The position numbers were made by a program, and so were the translations under genes. From Pseudoalteromonas tetraodonis (lineage in GTDB: Bacteria; Pseudomonadota; Gammaproteobacteria; Enterobacterales; Alteromonadaceae), in contig NZ_CP011041.1 in NCBI RefSeq assembly GCF_002310835.1, positions 840,001-872,000 on the forward strand: a stretch of DNA of 32,000 bases, given 5' to 3'. The notes beneath the pieces were generated by a model. The model saw nothing but the letters and a program-made list of their open reading frames with translations, did not search any database and was not told where the DNA came from. How positions within the stretch are numbered: the stretch's first letter is position 1; each line of letters begins with the position of its first letter. Below, one piece after another: positions 27,274 through 32,000 of this stretch.

Positions 27274-27941
27274 TGAGCGATGCAAATTCACGTAGTATTG
27301 TATCTAATCAAGCGGGACTTCATGAAAAGCTTGATGAAATAGTTAATAAACACTTACAGGCTGAGTTTAAAAAGCCAATTGCAACGCATACGCAAACCGC
27401 ATTTGATGAAGTTAATGCTAAAGTGCAAGCCTTTAATGGGCCGCTTATTTTAGATTCCTGTTGTGGGGTCGGGGAGAGCACCGCTAATTTAGCAAAACGT
27501 CATCCTGAAGCGTTAGTCATAGGCATTGATAAGTCATCTCATCGACTTGATAAGCATGATGTTGAATATAAACAAAGTGAAAGTGGTCAATACATTTTAG
27601 TGCAAGCTGACTTAAATGACTTTTGGCGTTTAGCGGTGGCTGCTAATTGGCAGCCTACGCATCACTATTTGCTTTACCCTAACCCTTGGCCTAAGTCTAA
27701 ACACATACAAAGGCGCTGGCATGGGGCGGCTATATTCCCGTTTATTGTAAAGTTAGGCGGTTTACTTGAGGTGCGCAGTAATTGGGATATTTATGTTAAA
27801 GAGTTTGCCAGAGCGCTTGAATTAGCGGGGAATCCATGTGAAACCGAATTGTTTGAGTCAGACGAAGCAATTACCCCTTTTGAACGTAAGTACTGGGCCA
27901 GTGGCCAGCAAAGCCACCGGCTTGTTATAAATCTTAAATAG
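27273..27941 (+). CDS. SAM-dependent methyltransferase of the TrmB (tRNA m7G46, Methyltransf_4) family
   Basis: 222 aa. SAM motif I is 'ILDSCCGVGEST' and 'YPNPWPKSKHIQRRWH' matches the TrmB 'F.DPWPKKRH.KRR' box. The start overlaps the yadH stop by 1 nt (TAATG). I cannot tell whether this is the housekeeping trmB or a paralogue. Confidence 0.6.
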   Translation: MSDANSRSIVSNQAGLHEKLDEIVNKHLQAEFKKPIATHTQTAFDEVNAKVQAFNGPLILDSCCGVGESTANLAKRHPEALVIGIDKSSHRLDKHDVEYKQSESGQYILVQADLNDFWRLAVAANWQPTHHYLLYPNPWPKSKHIQRRWHGAAIFPFIVKLGGLLEVRSNWDIYVKEFARALELAGNPCETELFESDEAITPFERKYWASGQQSHRLVINLK

Positions 27942-29805
27942 CTAATTGTTGCTTAAAGTGAGTCACATGTGGCGTTGGTTTACCAAGGTAACTACCTTGC
28001 ATCAGCGTCACATTTAGTTTATTGAGTAGCTCGGCAACCGTGTTATTTTCTACCGCTTCAACAACCAATTCAAGTTCAAGCTGCTGGGCTATATCAGCAA
28101 TATAGGTGATAAATAGCGATGTATTTTCATCATTTACCAGTTGCTTGGTGATCGCACCATCGAGTTTAATACCATCTACCTCAATCTTTAACGTATTGAG
28201 CGTATTAATAAACTCATTACCCCAACAATGCATCACTATTTTTGCCCCTTTACTTTTTACCATCGCAATAAATGATTTTATTTCATAGTAGTGTGTAATG
28301 ACCTGCGACTCTAATATTGAAATAGTAATGTTTTCAGGGTTGGGGTAGCGATGAAGCTCATATGCTATGTGATCATAAATAGTGGGATCTGCAATATTTT
28401 CAGCGCACACAGTTAACCCCCAGCTGATTGCTGATTTGCGAAAGCGCGAAATGCATTGAGTAAATAAGGTACGTGTTAACATCCCATCCATACGCAGCCT
28501 ATTTACTGCATTAGAAAAGGTATCAGGGGTTAAAATCTCCCCATGTGAGGTCACTATTCTTGGTGAGCAGTCATACCTAATAATGGCATTGGTATTGGTA
28601 TCTATAACAGGTTGAAAATAAGGAACAACGCGATGGGCATCAAACGCTTCACGAATTTCCTTTGCTATTTCTACATTGTATAAATACAGAGATTTATTGT
28701 CGTTAATCGCTTCTGAGTAGTTTACTATGGGTTGAACACCTTGCCTTGATTGTAGCAAAGCAATGTGGGCATTCTTAAGCAGTAATGACTTATTCCCTCT
28801 TGCGACTCCAGCGTTGAGCGTAATATAAATAAATGGGTCTGTAATAAAAGGTGTATTTTTATTATGGGATTGAATAATGCTGTAAAGCTCATCAAAAGGT
28901 GTTTCTTTACTGGTTAAAATGGCCAGCTTGTTGGTCGCAATACGATAAATACGTGATTGCAGACGGTTTTGCTGCTTAAAGTGACTGAGTAGTTTTTTCA
29001 TCACTTCATCGGCTGTTTTTGTGCCAAAAAAACGACTGATACTATCAATTTCGTTAACCAAAATAATCGCGATTTGTAGATGATGCTCATTACTTTTTTT
29101 TAGCTGCTTTTCCAAGGCAATATGATTTTCAAACCCCGTAGCATGATCCCTCATTAGTGAGCGGCGTACCCCAAAACAATAAAGAATATAAACCAGTAAC
29201 AATATGAACAGTACGCAACTAAAATGAAGCAGGGCTTGATTCAAACGTGTTATTAAAGCCGTATTGATTTTATCGACGCTAATATCAGCTGCAGTTAAAT
29301 AGGTTCTGCCATTTTTTGCTATATGAGGAATATACACCGTTTTAGAATGACCACGATGCGCCGTTGACACTTCAAAAATAGGGGCCGTTGATAAAAATGC
29401 CGCCATATTAATTGGCGTCGCTTCAGGGTAAAGATCTAAATACTGGGTAACTTTACCGTTATTTTGATCATCTTGGGTGTAACTGGAGGCAGTAAAATAA
29501 ATATTTTCATCAATTAATATCATTGAATATAAATAATCTATATTTAAATCATTGGCTAAAGCAGAAAGCTGTTCGGCCTTATTTTGATAGCTTGCAAAGC
29601 TAATTTCTTGCGACGTTTTGTCGTGGTAATCACTACCTAAAATATACTTTACGCTGGTGGCTGCATTTATTAAGCGATTGTCAATGCTGCGCATTACATC
29701 ACTTTGAATGGCAGAGTAAGTGTAGTAACCATAAATGATTAAGCTGACCAAAAAAAAGACGGTTCCAAGCGCCAACCGTGTTAATTTTAGATTTCCTTTG
29801 AGCAT
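27934..29805 (-). CDS. Membrane sensor with a periplasmic Cache-like domain and degenerate GGDEF and EAL domains
   Basis: 623 aa. Two TM segments (about residues 12-34 and 193-215) flank a periplasmic region of about 160 aa containing 'DYLYSMILIDENIYFTASS'. The GGDEF-domain entry reads 'DHATGFENHIAL' and the signature position reads 'YRIATNKLAIL'. The EAL domain reads 'FQPVID...IRYDCSPRI', with 'MHCWGNEF' at the DDFGTG position, while 'KLD', 'VVEAVEN' and 'QGSYLGKP' are retained. AAGGA ribosome-binding site 5 nt upstream. Confidence 0.8.
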   Translation of the reverse strand: MLKGNLKLTRLALGTVFFLVSLIIYGYYTYSAIQSDVMRSIDNRLINAATSVKYILGSDYHDKTSQEISFASYQNKAEQLSALANDLNIDYLYSMILIDENIYFTASSYTQDDQNNGKVTQYLDLYPEATPINMAAFLSTAPIFEVSTAHRGHSKTVYIPHIAKNGRTYLTAADISVDKINTALITRLNQALLHFSCVLFILLLVYILYCFGVRRSLMRDHATGFENHIALEKQLKKSNEHHLQIAIILVNEIDSISRFFGTKTADEVMKKLLSHFKQQNRLQSRIYRIATNKLAILTSKETPFDELYSIIQSHNKNTPFITDPFIYITLNAGVARGNKSLLLKNAHIALLQSRQGVQPIVNYSEAINDNKSLYLYNVEIAKEIREAFDAHRVVPYFQPVIDTNTNAIIRYDCSPRIVTSHGEILTPDTFSNAVNRLRMDGMLTRTLFTQCISRFRKSAISWGLTVCAENIADPTIYDHIAYELHRYPNPENITISILESQVITHYYEIKSFIAMVKSKGAKIVMHCWGNEFINTLNTLKIEVDGIKLDGAITKQLVNDENTSLFITYIADIAQQLELELVVEAVENNTVAELLNKLNVTLMQGSYLGKPTPHVTHFKQQLAI

Positions 29806-30058
29806 GTATTATCCTTATTTTTGTTGATTTTATTATACTTAAAAATTATAAATGCCCAATATTTTAATTACCCTTTGTACTAAATTTAAAAAATAGTGAA
29901 ATGTTATCTATTTAGTATTGTCTTTTATGGCTTAAAACGAGACATTTTTGTCATATTGCAGTAAAGTTAGCGCAATTTTTTAGAAATGCCGTTGCTTAAA
30001 AAACACCTTATATTAGCGTGTTTTACAAACTAACAGGTGTTTTAGTCACACACTAGGT

Positions 30059-31690
30059 ATGAAGATGGATCAAAAGCGTTGTGCCGTCGCCTCTAAAGAA
30101 AGCCTTAAACGGATATTCACCGTTCCAGAGGCGCCAGACTCAACTTTGAGCAAAATAGAGCTTGAAATTTCGAGTAATTTAGCAGGTTTCTTAAACGAAA
30201 ATATCGCGGCAATTGAAAAACCATTACATGAAATAGAAAAAGATTTTCAATCGGCGGCAATCCCTGAAGAACCGACGTTTGTGTCTTGCTATGCTCAAGA
30301 TATTATGGAGCAGCTGGTTGCTCATTCTGTTCATACCGCAGCGCCAAGCTTTATTGGCCATATGACATCGGCTCTGCCTCATTTTTTACTACCGTTATCG
30401 AAATTAATGGTTGGGTTAAATCAAAACCTAGTAAAAATTGAAACCTCGAAAGCGTTTACCCCATTAGAACGTCAAGTTTTAGGGATGATGCATCATTTAG
30501 CTTATAGCCAAAGTGATGGTTTTTATTCTAAATGGATGCACAGTGCAAAAACTTCGTTAGGGGCATTTTGCTCTGGCGGCACCGTGGCAAATATTACTGC
30601 ACTTTGGATAGCTCGAAACCGCTTATTAAAAGCGGATGGCAATTTTAAAGGCATTGCTGCACAAGGTTTAGTTGCAGGAATGCTTCACTATGGTCACAAA
30701 GGGCTGGCAGTTTTAATTTCTGAACGAGGTCATTATTCGCTTGGTAAATCGGTTGATTTATTAGGTATTGGTCGTGAAAATTTAATTGGTATCAAAACTT
30801 CTGCCGATAACAAAGTCGATGTTAGTGCAATGCGAGAAAAAGCGTTAGAGCTTGAAGCACAAGGCATTAAAGTGATGGCAATTGTTGGGGTCGCAGGAAC
30901 CACTGAAACCGGTAATATTGACCCACTTGAAGATATGGCTAATTTAGCACAAGAGATTAATTGTCATTTTCATGTTGATGCAGCGTGGGGTGGAGCTACT
31001 TTACTGTCTAATACCCATAGGCATTTATTAAAAGGTATTGAGCATGCAGATTCAATCACCATTGATGCGCATAAGCAAATGTATGTGCCGATGGGGGCCG
31101 GTTTAGTCTTATTTAAAGACCCTGCTGCAACTGATGCCATCGAGCATCATGCTGAATATATTTTACGTAAAGGCTCTAAAGATTTAGGCAGCCATACGCT
31201 TGAGGGAAGTCGCCCTGGGATGGCGATGTTAGTGCATGCTTGCTTACGTGTTATTGGTCGTAAAGGCTATGAAATGCTTATCGATCGCAGTATTAAAAAA
31301 GCGCGTTATTTTGCTGATTTAATAAAAGCCGATGAAGACTTTGAGTTAATATCAGAGCCAGAACTTTGCTTACTGACCTATCGCTATGTACCAAAACAAA
31401 TTAAACACGCGATAGCCCAAGCTGATGCACAAACCCGTTTAGACATTTTTGCCGCGCTTAATCGTTTTACTGCCAGCATGCAAAAACGCCAACGTGAATC
31501 GGGTCGCTCATTTGTATCGCGTACGCGTTTAACGCCAGTTCAATATGATAACCAACCAACCGTGGTATTTAGAGTGGTACTGGCGAACCCGCTTACCTCA
31601 GGTGTTATATTAAAAGAGATATTAGAAGAGCAGAAAGAACTGGCACAAACTGATCCGGTGTTTAAAAAGTATTTACGAAAATATATGTAA
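30059..31690 (+). CDS. Group II PLP-dependent decarboxylase (PanP-like putative aspartate 1-decarboxylase / glutamate-decarboxylase family)
   Basis: 543 aa with 'FCSGGTVANITALWIARN', 'HVDAAWGG' and the PLP-lysine motif 'ITIDAHKQMYVPMGAG'. Size and motifs match the roughly 540-aa family usually annotated as pyridoxal-dependent aspartate 1-decarboxylase in Vibrionales and Alteromonadales. The start may instead be the second ATG at 30065. Confidence 0.8.
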   Translation: MKMDQKRCAVASKESLKRIFTVPEAPDSTLSKIELEISSNLAGFLNENIAAIEKPLHEIEKDFQSAAIPEEPTFVSCYAQDIMEQLVAHSVHTAAPSFIGHMTSALPHFLLPLSKLMVGLNQNLVKIETSKAFTPLERQVLGMMHHLAYSQSDGFYSKWMHSAKTSLGAFCSGGTVANITALWIARNRLLKADGNFKGIAAQGLVAGMLHYGHKGLAVLISERGHYSLGKSVDLLGIGRENLIGIKTSADNKVDVSAMREKALELEAQGIKVMAIVGVAGTTETGNIDPLEDMANLAQEINCHFHVDAAWGGATLLSNTHRHLLKGIEHADSITIDAHKQMYVPMGAGLVLFKDPAATDAIEHHAEYILRKGSKDLGSHTLEGSRPGMAMLVHACLRVIGRKGYEMLIDRSIKKARYFADLIKADEDFELISEPELCLLTYRYVPKQIKHAIAQADAQTRLDIFAALNRFTASMQKRQRESGRSFVSRTRLTPVQYDNQPTVVFRVVLANPLTSGVILKEILEEQKELAQTDPVFKKYLRKYM

Positions 31691-31712
31691 CTACAATTAC
31701 AAATGCAATGAC

Positions 31713-31740
31713 AAAAAAGACGCGATTAAGCGTCTTTTTT
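31713..31740. terminator. Bidirectional rho-independent terminator (decarboxylase / argE)
   Basis: AGACGC (31718-31723) pairs with GCGTCT (30730 is not meant: 31730-31735) around the loop GATTAA. An A6 run lies upstream and a T6 run downstream. It sits between convergent genes. Confidence 0.85.
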
Positions 31741-31748
31741 GTTGCTGA

Positions 31749-32000
31749 TTAAAAGCAACTCGCCTTTATAAGGTTGCTGATAATTTGTTGAGAAGGTTTG
31801 ATTTTTTCCATTGCTAAAAACTCATCGGGCTGATGCGCTTGGTTAATAGAGCCTGGTCCCATTACGATGGTTTCACAACCGAGTTGCTGTATAAATGGCG
31901 CTTCGGTACAGTAGTTAACAGCCACTGCTTTTTGCCCTGCTATATTTTCGGCTAATTTGACTAACGCGCTATCTGTGCTTCCCGTAAATGCTGGAATTGG
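31749..32000 (-). CDS. argE: Acetylornithine deacetylase, C-terminal 83 codons (partial, continues beyond the window)
   Basis: Not in the ORF track because there is no in-window start. My own minus-strand translation gives [83 protein letters not shown]. '[13 protein letters not shown](F/Y)L' is the conserved ArgE C-terminal block. The TAA stop is at 31749-31751. Confidence 0.8.
   Translation of the reverse strand, partial: PIPAFTGSTDSALVKLAENIAGQKAVAVNYCTEAPFIQQLGCETIVMGPGSINQAHQPDEFLAMEKIKPSQQIISNLIKASCF

Noticed and set aside
1-32000. Mobile elements, prophage, CRISPR arrays, tRNA/rRNA genes, defence islands and toxin-antitoxin pairs
   Set aside because: No transposase, integrase or phage-like ORFs are present. 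No spaced direct-repeat array and no tRNA-like T-arm sequences were noticed. Nearly every ORF is a recognisable housekeeping or conserved-hypothetical gene in an arrangement familiar from other gammaproteobacteria. This was a by-eye scan, so short repeats could have been missed.

Overview
This window looks like ordinary, syntenic core chromosome from a low-GC marine gammaproteobacterium. The protein sequences resemble Alteromonadales or Pseudoalteromonas, but that assignment is inference only. I see no transposase, integrase, phage gene, CRISPR array, tRNA or rRNA, and no recognisable defence or toxin-antitoxin module. I cannot point to a convincing novel multi-gene system here. Gene content from left to right: (1) a GC-rich, hairpin-dense non-coding segment at 1-266; (2) an LPS/LOS inner-core locus at 794-10843, containing waaA, gmhA, hldE, a stand-alone wzi-like outer-membrane gene, two glycosyltransferases, kdkA, a GT9 heptosyltransferase and gmhB; (3) kbl-tdh, glpE-glpG and an orphan FliL-like gene; (4) ubiC-ubiA; (5) a 2OG-Fe(II) oxygenase and a LysR regulator; (6) three small DUF genes (DUF2721, DUF2007 with a zinc ribbon, DUF416/yjaG); (7) tsaD, plsY and folB-folK-uppP; (8) a tightly packed mpl-ubiX-yadG-yadH-methyltransferase string; (9) a membrane sensor whose GGDEF and EAL signatures are both degenerate; (10) a group II PLP decarboxylase (PanP-like); and (11) the 3' end of argE, which is missing from the ORF track. 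The observations most worth a second look are the unclassified structured RNA-like segment at 1-266 with its collinear sequence blocks repeated at 23434-23512, the doubly degenerate GGDEF-EAL protein, the isolated wzi inside the core-LPS locus, and four convergent gene junctions with no terminator space. All of these are of modest interest.
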